Shown piece after piece: positions 49,069 to 64,000 of a stretch of 64,000 nt of DNA. Source of the stretch: the human T2T-CHM13v2.0 reference genome, Homo sapiens; the NCBI RefSeq assembly GCF_009914755.1, contig NC_060927.1; one strand, given 5' to 3'. The position numbers and the translations under genes are program-made. The number at the start of each line of letters is the position of its first letter. Position 1 is the first letter of the stretch. A model generated the notes under the pieces. It saw only the letters and a list, made by a program, of their open reading frames with translations, did not search any database and was not told the origin of the DNA.

Positions 49069-50100
49069 TATAGAAGCCAAGTTCAAGTTCAATCACTGGA
49101 AGATCCAATATTAAAACTTAGCTTCCTGAATCCAAGTCCAGGGCTTTTTATTCCACCTTCAATGCTCTTACTCCATCATTTTTATGAAAACTTTTGAACC
49201 CCTAGTTGCAAAGTGGCTTCTGCCCACAGGAATCATAAAGACATTCCTGGCAAAAAGGTGGGATGTTGGCAAGTAGTAAGAGTCAAGGACACTCTTCATG
49301 AAGAGATAGTCTTTTTATTGAGAAGTGATGCCTTCCATGGTGCCTCTGCCTCTGTATTATTAACCAGAATTGTGTCATATCCCCTTGACCCACCTCTGCC
49401 TGTCATGAAAGAAGCTAGGAGTTCACATTTTTAGCTTTAACAGCTTCTATACTAGAGTCAGGCATGGGAGAAGGGTGGTCACAAATGCTTTTTGAATCAA
49501 CAATACTTACTAAATTTCCTATCCTAGTACAGTCACTTTTTTATGGTAGATGGAAGGGGCAGAATTGAAGCTGCTAAAAATGTTTCATTATATATATGTG
49601 AAGCCTCAGTGTGCTGTGATTTATTATCTCAAGAGTGCTTCATGATATCCTTTTTGGCTGATTGATTTGGTAGTTTCTTTATTCTGTTTTCTCTGAATCA
49701 GAAAATTGTATTCATGTACAAGTAGTGTCATTGAAGAGACCCAATTAATTTCAGCTAGAAAGGTCACTCCTTCAAACCAGCAGTGCTTTTACCAGTGGTA
49801 ATAAATATGCCTATCAATTCATATCATCCACAGCCAACATTTAGAAGATTCAAATTGGTTTCATGTCATATCCATCCAGCAATATTCAGCAGTGACCCAA
49901 AGTCCTAAATGCCAGCTGCATCTGAAGATGTACAGGATGTGGACTTACCAGACATACAACAAAAATACAATACAAACAGCAACACAATTCACTGGCTAAA
50001 AGTGTAACTGTTTGTTTCCTTATCTACCAAATCACTGAGAAATTTTGTTTAATTATGCAGTTTCCCAATTTCCTTTCAAAGAAACAAACCTCTACCCAAG

Positions 50101-50545
50101 TGTTGTGGGTTGTACTGTATCTCCCCTAAAAGATTCTAACTCCTGGTAATTGCATGTAATATTATTTGGAAGTAGGGTTTTTGCAGAAGTAATCGAGTTA
50201 CTACAATGTCATTAGGGTGGGCCCTAATCCATTATGACTGGTGTCCTTATAAGAAGAAAGAGAGAGAGAGAGAGACACTCCAGGAGAACACCATGTAACC
50301 ACAGAGGCAGGAATTGAACGAACGTGTTAATAAGCCAAGGAACACCAAGGCTTGGCAAGAACACCAGAGGCCAAGAGAAAGGCATGGAGCAAGTTCTCCC
50401 CTAGAGCCTTCAGAGAGAGAGCATGGCCCTGCTGACAACTTGATTTCAGACTTTTAGCCTCCAGAACTGTGAGAGAATAAATGTCTGTTGTTTAAAGCTA
50501 TTCAGTTTGTGGTACTTTGTTTTGCAGCCCTAGGAATACAATACA
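50101..50545 (+). mobile_element. MLT1C-like MaLR solo LTR
   Basis: attagggtgggccctaatcc...cagccctagga...aataca; TSD ccaag / tcaag. Confidence 0.85.
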
Positions 50546-50941
50546 TCAAGAATAGAAAAATAGTAACTGCTTGCTGATTGAAAAAGCAGTAGTACCCTCT
50601 ATCAGGCTCTTTAAGATACAATTTTATACAACACTGTCCGATTCTGAATATACATTTTCTATCTTTTTATTGGGATGGTACGTTTCCCAGTGTTAATTTT
50701 CTTTTTCATTTATCACATGATAAAATCCTTTCCAAATTGAATCTCATTTAGAAGGAAGGGTTGATTTGGGCCTGGCATTCAATACCAAGGGAATGGTGGC
50801 ACTGAGAGACGGCTCTTTCCCTCTTTGTAATATTATTGCTTAGGGCTGGGATGCTTGGGTGAGAGACAGATGTCAAAGCTCAACATGATGGAACCTCAGA
50901 ATGGATTGTGCCATAGTTGGGGTCCTCTGAGAAGCAGACAC

Positions 50942-51342
50942 TGATGTGGTTTGAACTTGTGTCATCATCCAAATCTTGTATTCAGTTGTAATCCCCAGTG
51001 TTGGAGGTGGGGCCTGATGGGAGGTGATTGGATCATGGGGGGTGGTTTCTAATGGTTTAGCACCATCTCTTTGGTGCTGTTCTCATGACAGAATTCTCAT
51101 GAGATCTGGTTGTTTTAAAGTGTGTGGCACTGCCCCTCCGCCCCCTCCTGCTCTGGCCATGTGAAGATGCCTGCTCCACATCATGAATAAAGGTTTCCTG
51201 AGGCCTTCCTAGAAGCCAAGCAGATGCCAGAATCATGCTTCCCATACAGCATGAGGAACCATGAGCCAATTAAATCTCTTTTCCTTATAAATTGCCCAGC
51301 CTCAGGTATTTATTTATAGCAGTGTGAGAACAGGCTAATACA
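50942..51342 (+). mobile_element. MSTA/MSTB solo LTR nested in an older ERVL-like LTR (about 50908-51752)
   Basis: tgatgtggtttg...ggctaataca; TSD gacac / gtcac. Confidence 0.85.
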
Positions 51343-52109
51343 GTCACCAAGCTAGAATTAGATATGCAAAAAATATATCCAGGTAAATTCCTGAGAAGCA
51401 TACAGGGGAAGGAGCTGGAGAAGGCAGCAGGAGCCTTGAGACCACAGTGCTGGTCTGACACCCATGAAGGAGGCAGAAAAGGAAGTAAGTCTGGATAGAA
51501 AGAGTGTTGAGTTGCAGCATGGTTCCAAGAAACGTTCAGCTAGGTCAATGGAAAAGTTGCTGATTATAAGAGTTCTGCATCTCAGGAATAGGCTTTCATT
51601 AGTACCCTCACCAGGTTCATGGTCAGCAAGAAGCACTCACCAAAGCAAAGCTTGAGCTGCAATGTGGTGGTGGATCCAGAGGGACAGCACCTGGGCGATC
51701 AGGCCATCCTCCTGGAGAATGACATCTGAGCAATGTATTTTTATAGCCACCACTGCATTCAAAACCAGAACAAATTTTGGATGTTACCAGGAGATCATAA
51801 AAGGACCAGTATCTTGAGTAATAAGGCAGCTTCGGTCTAATTCATTTACTAGTCCTTGCAGTGATAGTTCCTTTTTGATAATGGCTGGCTAGAGGCAGTT
51901 TTCTTGTTAGGCTTTCCTGGTGGCACCAATTTCCTGTCAGTGGCTCCCTGCTGTGCTTCGTGGTGGCAGCTCTTGCTAAGAGCATCTCCCATTGAGAAGA
52001 AGTGGAGTCAGGTCCGTGGTGAGCCCCAAGCTGGGCTACACAATGCTTAACAGTGGTGATCTCTGACTGTAGTGGCTCCAGTTGTTCCAGCAGCAGGTTC
52101 TAGTGCCTA

Positions 52110-52493
<384 letters not shown>

Positions 52494-54737
52494 AGTGCTG
52501 CCCAGACTTTAAAGCTGAGCTCGATTCTGCTGACTACTTATTTTCAGCATTCAAAGACACATCGTCCATATAACCTACTCATCATTCAATCAAGTATTTC
52601 CTTGTTCATTAACTTTTCATGTGGAGCCTATCTTATTTCTCTAATAATGGATATGATAAATTCTTAAATGTATGAGCCAGTATATATACTTCTCTATGGA
52701 GCTAAAAAAAATGAGAGAAACACTGACGCTGTTGGTATTATTCAGTAATTATTAGTCCAATGAATCCCTGCAATGACAAAGAAACCAGCCAGTCAGTAAC
52801 TATTTCTGGCTCCCTAGCTGCTCATCACGTTGTTCATGTTTCCAGAGTCTGATGATTCATTGTGAGTTGATATTGCAGTATTCTCGATGCTAAAGAATAT
52901 TTCAAATTATGATTTTGGAATCATAGAAACATTTTGCAAACACTCAGTTAAACAATATGAATTATAAAAAAGCTTTTTTTTCTGCAATATATCTCAGAGC
53001 TTTTAAAAATATATTGTCACTGTGAATCTTAAAGAGTAATAAAGTATGCAGCATTTACCAAATTTCTTTGGCCACAGAATTTTGGGTCGTTTTGTTTTGT
53101 TTCCCTGCATCATCCTAAGGGACTGAAAATACATATATTTTTAGAAATGCTCGATTAAATATCTAACCTTCTCAGGGGTGATTTTCATTTTTATGAGAAA
53201 TGCTAGAGGACCTAAGAGATTTCATGATCTAAAAGAGTGATGCTACAATGGTGGAATTTGAGGCATGGAGAAAGTCAGGAAGGTTATGAAGAGGAGGAGA
53301 GATTATTTTGGCATGTGTCTCATGCTTGATAATGTTGATCCTTCCAGCGACCTCATGGAAGCTCATATTAAGAGCTTCAATTATGCAGCATGCTGTCCTG
53401 ATTTGGATTCAAATTGGATTGTTGTATTATTCACAGACTTCATGTTATCATTCGTTACTCCTCTCCCTCACTTCAGTGCTGAGCCCTTTCCCAGCAAAAC
53501 TTCTTGTTGAGCCTAGAAATGCAGTCTGAGAAATTGCATGATTTCTCCATACTTAGAAATAATGTCGTGTTTTTAGTCTAAATTCAGGACCCTATATCAA
53601 GAGATGTGACACTGCCTGTTGGGTTGGGGATACTTCAAGCTTAACCATATCAACAAATAGCCATTAAGTAACCAAAACGTGTAAAGTCCTATGCTTATGT
53701 TTATCTGAGGTCATAATTTTCTCTGTTTCTTGAGGCAATCTAGATTAATGGAACAAACCTAAACTTGGTAGCCTGATTATCTAATACTAAATTTAATATC
53801 ATGGTTTTATTTTGAATGCTAACAGAGAACAAAGTGAGATCTTTGTTAAGGTCTTGACTTAAATGATTTTCTTTTTAAGTTGAATGTATAATTGTGTCAT
53901 GATCCGTCCCTAAAAATTTCTGCTTCAGATGATTGCTGTGTAGTCCATTATTCAAAACTGTCTTCCAAAGATGTGTGAGTCTCTGTGGAACCTACAGACT
54001 CAACTATTAGACTGTGTTTGTTTGTCCTTTATGGATTTCTCACAGCTAGTGAATGGGAATAAATGTGGCTGATATATTCATTTTAAATAATCATATTAAA
54101 GGAAATTTCATGAATGCTTTTTAGGTAGAGATGTGTTATTTCCCATTTAAACTTCTTTATTGTACATAACATTATTATTACTACTAATGCAATTTCCTTT
54201 TCACAAAGATCAATAATACTTTATAGACATGATTTCACTAATATTGCTTTGTTATATATATTTCCAGATATGGTGATGATGCAATTATCAATAATGACAA
54301 GGAGAGGGCAATATTCAAGCTGGATTTATATACATTCATAACAAGCAAACCTATTAATTGGCTGTGGCAAAAGGAAAGTTATTTTTTCCCTGCTTTTATT
54401 TATTTGTTTTTTTCCCAGTTGGGGTGGTATGTTGATTACTAAGCTAAGACTGGCTTGCTACTCTGTGGTGCCTTATTTTTGGATGTATTTTGGACATCTG
54501 GGCCTGGCTGTGTCTTGGGGGAAGGAGGGCCAGTAAAGTGGAGGTGGATGTGTGGGCAGCTGGGGTGAAGTAGGTGGGCAATGGAAAAGATAATATGTGC
54601 CTACTTCCCAGCCCCACTCTGTGGACTAAGACTGAGGTCTGTGAAGAAAAGGAAGATGCTGAAGAAAGTGTTTTAACCTAAGAACCAACAAGGAACCAGA
54701 AGGCAGGCCCATTGCCCAAGGGAACAGGAGCCATACA

Positions 54738-55163
<426 letters not shown>

Positions 55164-57120
55164 AACACAGAACGAGGCAAAAGAGAGATTCACTCCGCTG
55201 TGCGCAAGAAAGGCACTGTATGCCCCTGAGACTCAGAAGGCTGAAAGGAAGGCAGAGACATTTTGTCAACTCTCGGGTTTGTGGCTTTAGGAGCACAAGG
55301 GGAATCCCCTCCCTGATTATTCTCATGGAGAACCTGGGCAGTAATGACAAATGTCCCTCAAATGGCTTCATGGGTTGTGGGCATCACTAAGAGGCTGCGC
55401 TGCAAGCACTTGGGCTGATTTGTTGGGGAACACATGGAGAAATCCCTTCAAAATGCCCCAAATACTGGAGAAGGCCCTCTGTCAGGAGAGTAATTTTTGT
55501 TGTTACTTCACTTGGTCTCCCAGGCTGCAGAAGGCTCAAAGAAATTAACACGTGGGCTCTGGCAGTAATTGTAGGTAGAAAATGAGGGCACATTTTCATT
55601 CTAAGAGTTATTTGTTTATTTGAATACATTCAGCAACATTTTGAAATGAGTGAGATTGAATCACGGTGAATCCTGTTTTCCTAAGGTAAATGGATCTAAA
55701 TAATGCAGAACCCGTTATCAAATTGTAGAACTCAGCAATTTAGCAGTCTGAATCTTGGTCTTTTGAAATCCTGTGTCTCCTGTCTTAGGCAGTTACTCAA
55801 AAATTCCTGTAGTGATGACAAGATGAGGATGATGACTAGGTTTGCTTCTAGGTGTGGAACTAGTTTGAAAATAACTATAGCACATTTTTGACTGATTATC
55901 TCATGCTCTCACATTAACATGATCATGTCTGTCTGATTTATTTTTATTGTTATATAACCAAAACCTTTCCCAACACAGGAATAAAGACAGAGAGGACTGC
56001 CATAAGTGGACATTATTTGTTCTAGGGGTAGCTTTATTTTTGTTGGTTCTCGGAGAACTACTTTAAATTTACTTGTGCTTCATCAAAATAAGATTAAAGA
56101 TAAATTACCCTGCTCATTTTGGTTTTGGTGACTTAACTTTTGCAGTGAAAAGGGCCTTTGAACTAGTGCCCTGAATAAGTTAGTCTGAATAAAGACTCAA
56201 CTGACCTCAAAGAACTGAAGTACTTTTCCCAGTGAATAATTCTTTTCTTCCCTCATCTTCTCTCCTCCTATTTTTTTATTAGTATGTATAGGCTATTTCC
56301 TTATAATATATTAATAAAAAGTATTTTTTCTTTTCTACATTTTTTTGGTGAATAGAATTCACTCTCCTAAAGAAAAGCTAAGTTCTTTTAAGATTTTGTT
56401 CCACAAAGCATAGTAACTAACAATACAGATATTCATAGATATACTTCGTATTAATATACTTTAATTTTATATTGTATTTTTGTTTCTTGGGGCATTGGCT
56501 GTAAATATTCTGAATTATTTATTTTTGAATAATCTCCTTATTTTACTTTCTTAATATTTTAATATATTTAATTTATCCATATTTGTGTATTTGATATTTA
56601 TATTACTCTTTTCATTGTATGATGTTATAAGTAGAACATTTTAGTTATTGGATTTTTCCATTGTAACTTGAACCTTTCTTTTTAATAATAAGAAAAACGA
56701 ATCAGTGAAAAATAGTCATTTTGACTGAAATGAAATTGGGTAGGAAATTATCTATTGCATCTTTAAAAAATAATAGTTATCTAATTATAAAAGAAATACA
56801 TACCTTAAGTTTTTGGCTTTTCTTACCTAAAGTAACCTGGTCAGCTATGCTCCCTAACACATCTCCCTCAACTTCCCCAGGACCTTCCTCCGTGAAATAG
56901 CTCCTTCTCCAGAAATAATCAACTCTCTCTTGATTGTCTCCTTCCCTTCTACCTATAAACACCATCAACCTTTCCTTATTTATATAAACAAATAAACAAA
57001 ACACCACCACTCTTTCTACAATCCTGCAACTTCCTTTACTACTCTTTCACTACCAAATAACTTGAAAAAATCACTTTTGCCTACTTTGCTTCAATCGCTT
57101 CTCTCTTTTTGTTATGTGAC

Positions 57121-57489
57121 TGTCATAGTTTCTTTGTGCTGCTATGAAATACCACAGACTGAGTAATTTATAAACAATGGAAATGTATCTCTCATAGTTC
57201 TAAAGGCTGAAAAGTCCAAGATCCAGGTGCCAGCATTGGTGTCTGGTGAGGGCTGCTCTCTGCTTCCAAGATGGCACTTGGTGGTTGTGTCCTCACACGG
57301 CAGAAGGCTGAAGGGCAAGAGAGTACTCCCTTCAAACTCAAGCCCTTCTATACGGGCGTTAATTCTATTCATGAAGACAGAACCCTCATGACTAAGTTAT
57401 CTCTCAAAGGCCACACCTTTTAATAACTCCACAAGGGGCTTTAAGTTTCAACAAGAACTTTGGAAGGGACACACATCCAAACCATAGCA
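57121..57489 (-). mobile_element. MSTC/MSTD/MLT1A-type MaLR solo LTR
   Basis: taccacagactgagtaatttataaac...aagtccaagatc...caaaccatagca. Confidence 0.82.
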
Positions 57490-57638
57490 GACTTGCTCAG
57501 GTCTCAACAGACAATTCTCAACAGACATGTTGGCACGGCCTCTCAAACTCTCTGAGCACATGATAGTATTAACCACACCCTCCTCCCTCTCTTGAAACTG
57601 TTTTTTTCTCTGCACTCATGGCATGATCCTGTTCATGA

Positions 57639-57985
<347 letters not shown>

Positions 57986-58787
57986 TGATATATTTATCCA
58001 GACTCTAGCTCATCATTTAGGAAAAATAATACTCCAGTTACATAAATACTTAGCACTAGTGTATAAAACATGGCATAAGACTTTCTGCTTTTTGAATACT
58101 TTCACCATCGAACTTTGGGAAGGTTAAGTAGAAGTTAGCAAAGTTTCTGGCTTTGCTACCAGAAACCCTGTGAGCCTCAGGTTCCTAATGTATCACAGAC
58201 TAGACCTTCCAGTGATTCATTAGTAGAGTTAGAACAAAACAATAAGGATGTGGCACAGTTTTAAACATTCCCTAAGCATTCTTATCTGTTATTAAAAGAG
58301 AGGCATAAAGATTTAAATGAAGCTTCTCTGTGACTGATACCAGCTGAGGGGGGCAGTGTAGTGTCTTTGGAACGTTTTCAAAGTGCTTTAAAGGTTAAGA
58401 GCTACTTACTCTTAATGCTTCTGTTCCTCTTCACATTGTCCACTGTGGGCAATCCCCATGGCAGCACAGTCTCTTCACTCTCTCTCCTCTACCTAGATGG
58501 TCATTTACATTCTTTTACATCATATTTATTCAATCAATATTTACTAAACACCTCCTAGGGGTGAGGTCCTGTATTCCACACTGAGTATAGGCAAATTAAT
58601 AAGATACAACTCTTATTCTAGCTTATAGTCCATTAGGGGAAACAGACACATAATAAAATATTTACAGTATACTTAAAGTGACACTTTTGTCTGCTTGGTA
58701 AATGTGCCTTTGACAAACAACTCCTCATTCCTCCATGTTTACTTCATGGAATTCAGAGATTGGTCCAAGAGTAAGAACATGAGCCGA

Positions 58788-59115
<328 letters not shown>

Positions 59116-59797
59116 AACATGGGTTGAGTAAATCAGGACCCTTTCATAAAATGTGAATACCAGGAGATACAAGTTGTCTCTTTTTTTAAGATTATAAATT
59201 TGAGATAACCAGCAGCCTCTCATATAAAGACAGCCAGCTTGAGGGTGAGAATATTAGATACAGAAAAAATAAGTAACACATGGAGAGAGACCAGGTCATC
59301 ATGACACCATTTGATTATTTAAATCCAGCCATTCCTAGTCTAATTTCTTTGAGCTGACAAGAGTTTGAAGTAGCATACTGTAGTAAGTGCATTGAGAGAT
59401 CACATGTGAACATTATGGGATCACAGATGCAGAGACCCAACTTAGAAGAACAAGGCTTGGCTGGATGGAGTCAATAAAAGTTCTCTTACAGGCATAAGTA
59501 GCATTTTTGGATAGAACCTGAGACTGTACCAACATCCCCAAAATATCAGTTCACATTGCTTTACACTCAAATATTGAATTTATTAATTTTAATTATCAAT
59601 TGAAATTAATAACTTGATTAATGGATCATCTGAAAATTTTACTTCATTAGAAATAGTGCAACTTGAAGTTTAATGTGTCACAGATGGAACTGTTTACAAA
59701 GCGTGTCAAACTGAGATTTATCAGAGGATTTCTTGGGTCCAACCGACTCTTGCAGCCCAACACAGGGCAGGGGCTAAATTTTGGTATTGGCTCTTCA

Positions 59798-60992
59798 TGA
59801 GAGGTGACAACGTGCTAGCAGCCCTTGCTTGCTCTCCGCGCCTCCTCGGCCTCAGAGTTCGCTCTGGCACCACTCAAGGAGCCCTTCAGCCCGCTGCTGC
59901 GCTATGGGGGCCCCTCTCTGGGGCTGGCTGAGGCCAGAGCTGGCTGCCTGTGCTCGCCTGGAGGCTGGAGGGAGAGGGCCGGCGGGAGCCGGGGCTGCAC
60001 GTGGCGCTCGTGGGCCGGCACAGATTCCGGGGGGGCACATGCTCAGTGGGTCCTGCACTCGCACTGGCACGGCTGGCAGGCACCTGCTGGGCTTGATTGG
60101 GGTATGAGCTCCCTCTGGGCTGCTGGAGTGCCGGGGCTAGGTGCCACAAACTCGAGCGTCCAGTGACATTGAGAGGTGAAGCTGCTGGGCTTCTGGGTCT
60201 GGTGGGGACCTGGAGAACTTTTCTGTCTAGCTAAAGGTTTGTGAACCCACCAATCAGCACTCTGTGTCTAGCTAGAGGTTTGTAAAAGCACCAATCAGCG
60301 CTCTGTGTCTAGCTAATCGGGTAGGGGACTTGGAGAACTTTTGTGTCTATCTAAAGGGTTGTAAATGCACCAATCAGCGCTCTGTGTCTAGCTAAAGGTT
60401 TGTAAATGCACCAATCAGCGCTCTGTCAAAACGGACCAATCAGCTCTCTGTAAAACGGACCAATCAGCTCTCTGTAAAATGGACCAATCAGTAGGATGTG
60501 GGTGGGACCAGATAAGGGAATAAAAGCAGGCTATGGGAGCCTGCAGCGGCAACTGGCTTGCGTCTGTTTCCACTTTTGGAAGGTTTGTTCTTTTGCTCTT
60601 TGTGGTGAATCTTGCTGCTGCTCACTTTTTGGGTCGGCGCCGCCTTTATGGGCTGTAACATTCATGGCGAAGGTCTGTAGCTTCACTCTTGAGGCCAGCA
60701 AGACCACGAACGACTATGGATGGAAAGAACAAACAACTCCGGGTGGAAGGAATGAACAACTCGAGACGAGCCGCCTTAAGAGCCATAACACTCACCTTGA
60801 AGGTCTGTAGCTCCATTCCTGAAGCCAGCGAGAGTATGAACCCATCAGAAGGGAGAAACTACGGACGTGTCCGAACATCAGGAGGAACAAACTCCGGACA
60901 TACCATCTTTAAGAACTGTAACACTCACCGCAAGGGTCCGCGGCTTCATTTTTAAAGCCAGCAAGACCAAGAACCCACCAATTTCAGCCACA
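59798..60992 (+). mobile_element. Complete LTR12-family (ERV9) solo LTR, 1195 bp
   Basis: TG...CA termini, 4-bp TSD TTCA, CCAAT repeats, U5 repeats (ctgtaacactcaccgc). Confidence 0.93.
60245..60530 (+). promoter_or_regulatory. LTR12 promoter/enhancer: 7 CCAAT (NF-Y-type) boxes, GATA motif, TATA-like GAATAAAA
   Basis: ccaatcag near 60250, 60291, 60370, 60411, 60436, 60460, 60484; gataag at 60511; motif presence only. Confidence 0.7.
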
Positions 60993-61988
60993 TTCATACC
61001 ACCCTGCATGTCATCTTCCTCAGACTTAGCATCCTAAAAATGGTTTTCCTGAGAGAGAATGCAACTCTGAGGGCTTCCCTACTGTGTTCACATCCCATGC
61101 TTCTGGCACAGTGCCTGACAAGCCGTGGCTCCTCACCATAGTTGCCTTGTGGAATGGTCTTAAGAGTGGGAACATCGCATGTGAGCTACAGTCAGGAATC
61201 TTTTTCTATTCTGAAGTAGTTCATGGAAAGCATAAAAATATGGAAAGAAAGAATAAATGTCTTTGGGGGCTGACAGAAAAGATAGCAGTTTTGCTGGACT
61301 TATTAGGAAATATCTTTCTACTTTTTCTCCCATATATAGTGTTTACCATGGGTGAGGCTAGTCCAGAGGGAGGTGTCAGTTTCCCAAGTAGAGATATAAG
61401 TCTTTCTAGAGATCAAAATAAATGTGTTCCACAGAACTACAAAATGCTGGATAACCTAAGGCCTGGGTTGAAAAAGCCCTCCTAGTGAAAGGCTGTAGTC
61501 GAGAAAAGGTGAGGTCACTCCAGAATAATCAGTGTCATGAAGGCTACCTGTTTATTTCTCTCCTCTTTCTCTCCATATGTAGATATAACACATTAACTAT
61601 ATATATATGTATGCATAACACTATTGTAAGATTATTGCCAGATTTTTCAGCCTGTGTAAAATTATGATGCTAATTACCTGGGAATGTGCCTGTAAAATTT
61701 TACTTAAATCAGCCACATATGCAAAAATATACACATATAAACTTTGCCATTTCAAATTTGAAGAAATGTGATCCCTAGATATGTATCACATTTTTTAAAT
61801 TTAGAAGTTTGCACAAATAAATGTGCAAAGCATAATCTCCCGTGCTTCAACAATTAACTGATGGCCAATTTTGTTTTATTTATATTCTTACCTATTCACT
61901 CCCTTCCCCATATTTTTATGGAAAGCCTAGACTTTATATTATTTTTCATAAATATTTCTTTATGTATTTTGAAGGAAAAAACTTTTTA

Positions 61989-62294
61989 GGCTGGGCACGG
62001 TGGCTCAGGCCTGTAATCTCAGCACTTACACTTGAGGCTGAGGGGGGCAGATCACAAGATCAGGAGATCATGACCATCCTGGCCAACATGGTGAAACCCC
62101 GTCTCTACTAAAAATACAAAAATTAGCTGAGTGTGGTGGTGCGTACCTATAATCCCAGCTATCCGGGAGGCTGAGGCAGGAGAATCACTTGAACCAGGGA
62201 GTCAGAGCTTGCGGTGAGCCGAGATCGTGCCACTGCACTCCAGCCTGGAGACAGAGTGAGACTCTGTCTCAAAAAAACAACAACAACAAAAAAA
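61989..62294 (+). mobile_element. Alu (AluSc-like)
   Basis: TSD aaaaaacttttt. Confidence 0.92.
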
Positions 62295-62719
62295 CTTTTT
62301 AAAAACATGACTACAATAAAGTATAACTTTAAAAAGTTACCTTTAAGACTTAACAGTTATATTCAGAAACTAGAATTAGCTAATAAAGTTAATTTTTCAT
62401 TTAGAATGGTAGATACTGGTTTGGCCTGTTTTCATAAAAAAGATGACACTTAAAATTGGTAATCTGTTTCATCATTCAAAAGCAAATAATTTCTTCTTTA
62501 AACAGAGTAAGTCTTCTAGGGTCTCATTAGTTGTGTTAATTTTTTCAGGACACCCGTATCACTTATTAATGGGAAAAATGGCAATCTGTACTTCTTGTCT
62601 GATGGGAGGAAAATTCACATCAACAGTGCCATCTAATAGTATCTATTCACTCCATGACTTTTGGAGTGTTTTGTGTTTTGTAGCCTAAAATGCAATTAAA
62701 ATAGTTATTTTATTTTGCA

Positions 62720-62880
62720 ACAGAATCCTGTAAGTTGGTTATTATCAGATTTATATTCATTTAAAGAAGAGGAGCTACAGCTCAGAGAGGTGAAGTGACG
62801 TGTGTAAGCCCCGAGTCAAGCTCCAAAACAAAAATTCTGTGTCGAACTCTGGAATTTTTTCACCTAATCATACTGTTTTT
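62720..62880 (-). mobile_element. MIR fragment
   Basis: gaggagctacagctcagagaggtgaagtgac. Confidence 0.55.
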
Positions 62881-64000
62881 CTATGAAGTCTTCTATTAGC
62901 ACCCTCTGGCAAATTTTTACACGATCCATATTTCACATGATCAAACTTTCAAGTCCCTAAGTAAAGGGGAAAGGTAAAATTGAGAATGTGTCCTGCCTTT
63001 CTAATCTGACTAGGCTGCTGATGCTCAACACGTGTTTTTAGCTTGCATCACCCACACACACGTCTTCTGACACAGCGTGCAGAGCCAGGCTAGTAATACA
63101 ATCAGAATCAGGAAGTGAAATCAAACAAACATCTCTTCCTCCCTGGAGAAAAATGACCTCTTGTTGGAGGGATTCCTCTTCCAACATAAAATTCTCTTCT
63201 GCCAGCATTAGTTACACCCACATTGTTAAGGATCTGCAGGATATATGCTTTGCTAAAACAAATATGTAACATGATTTAAAAAAATTTATAAACCTCTCTG
63301 CTACTCTTTATTCTTTTCTTTTCACCACATCAAAAAAGCTCATGCCTGACAGAATTTATTTTCATCATTTCTGTTGTCATGGCTTTTATATTTTATTATT
63401 ATGGTTAGATATAAGAAGACTTGATTCATATTACAAATCCAGAATTGATTAGTGGAACACTCAGAAACAAAACAAATTGAAATTTTAACAGTCCTCAAAG
63501 GTATTATTGCTCTTAATCAAGTGATCACTTGGAACACAATTGTTTTATGAAGAAGAGAAAATAATTTTTGAGGTTTGGAATAGAAACAATTGACCAGTGG
63601 AAAACATTTTAAAAATAATATGTTAAATTAATATGTAATTATTATAATTTAGTGATCGTTATCAGTTATTTTGTTGCTTTTCTTTTGGAAATAGAATTAC
63701 TACTCCGTCCCTCCCATCCCCCCCGCCACCCCATGTAAGTTACAATGAGAGCCTCCTCATCATCTATGATCCTGACTGCTACAGTCATTGTTGGGGTGGG
63801 TCCCTGTCTCAGGCTGGTCTAATCATAGTACCCAGCACTCCTGGACACAGTGACTGGTCGAGGTGTAGAACTATGACCCAATTCAGCTTGGAAAAATCCC
63901 TCCACAAGGTTTTTGTAGCTGGGCCTGTGAGTGTTTGTTTCCTCTTTGGTCACAAGTAAATAAGGTTTACATCAGGAGCTTCTGGAAGCCAGATCTCCTA

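Noticed and set aside
56270-56780. Very AT-rich tract as a possible matrix attachment region
   Set aside because: Low-complexity composition only; no specific signal

Overview
Primate (human-like) genomic DNA, AT-rich and dominated by transposable elements. I find no convincing host protein-coding gene, RNA gene or CRISPR array. Main structures: (1) a two-LTR, internally deleted HERV-H/LTR7 provirus (4717-11092, minus, TSD ATCCA) nested inside an older MST-type MaLR LTR; (2) a near-complete Tigger1 DNA transposon (12907-21976) interrupted by two Alus inserted at the same target site and by a full-length, inactivated L1PA2/3-type LINE-1 (minus) that carries a 39-bp 3' transduction; (3) two ERV9 LTR12 elements, one a truncated CpG-rich fragment at 47082 and one a complete solo LTR at 59798; (4) about 30 Alus, truncated L1s, MaLR LTRs, Tigger3b, MER elements and microsatellites. 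Best-supported unusual observations: the L1 3' transduction, asymmetric mutations between the two HERV-H LTRs at regulatory motifs, an expanded higher-order 21-bp VNTR in the HERV-H leader, a templated 21-bp hairpin inside an Alu, a repeatedly used Alu insertion site, a TPRT-like micro-insertion, and an in-frame L1-antisense/Tigger1 fusion ORF. None of these demonstrates a new biological system. Subfamily names come from recalled consensus sequences, not from a database search.
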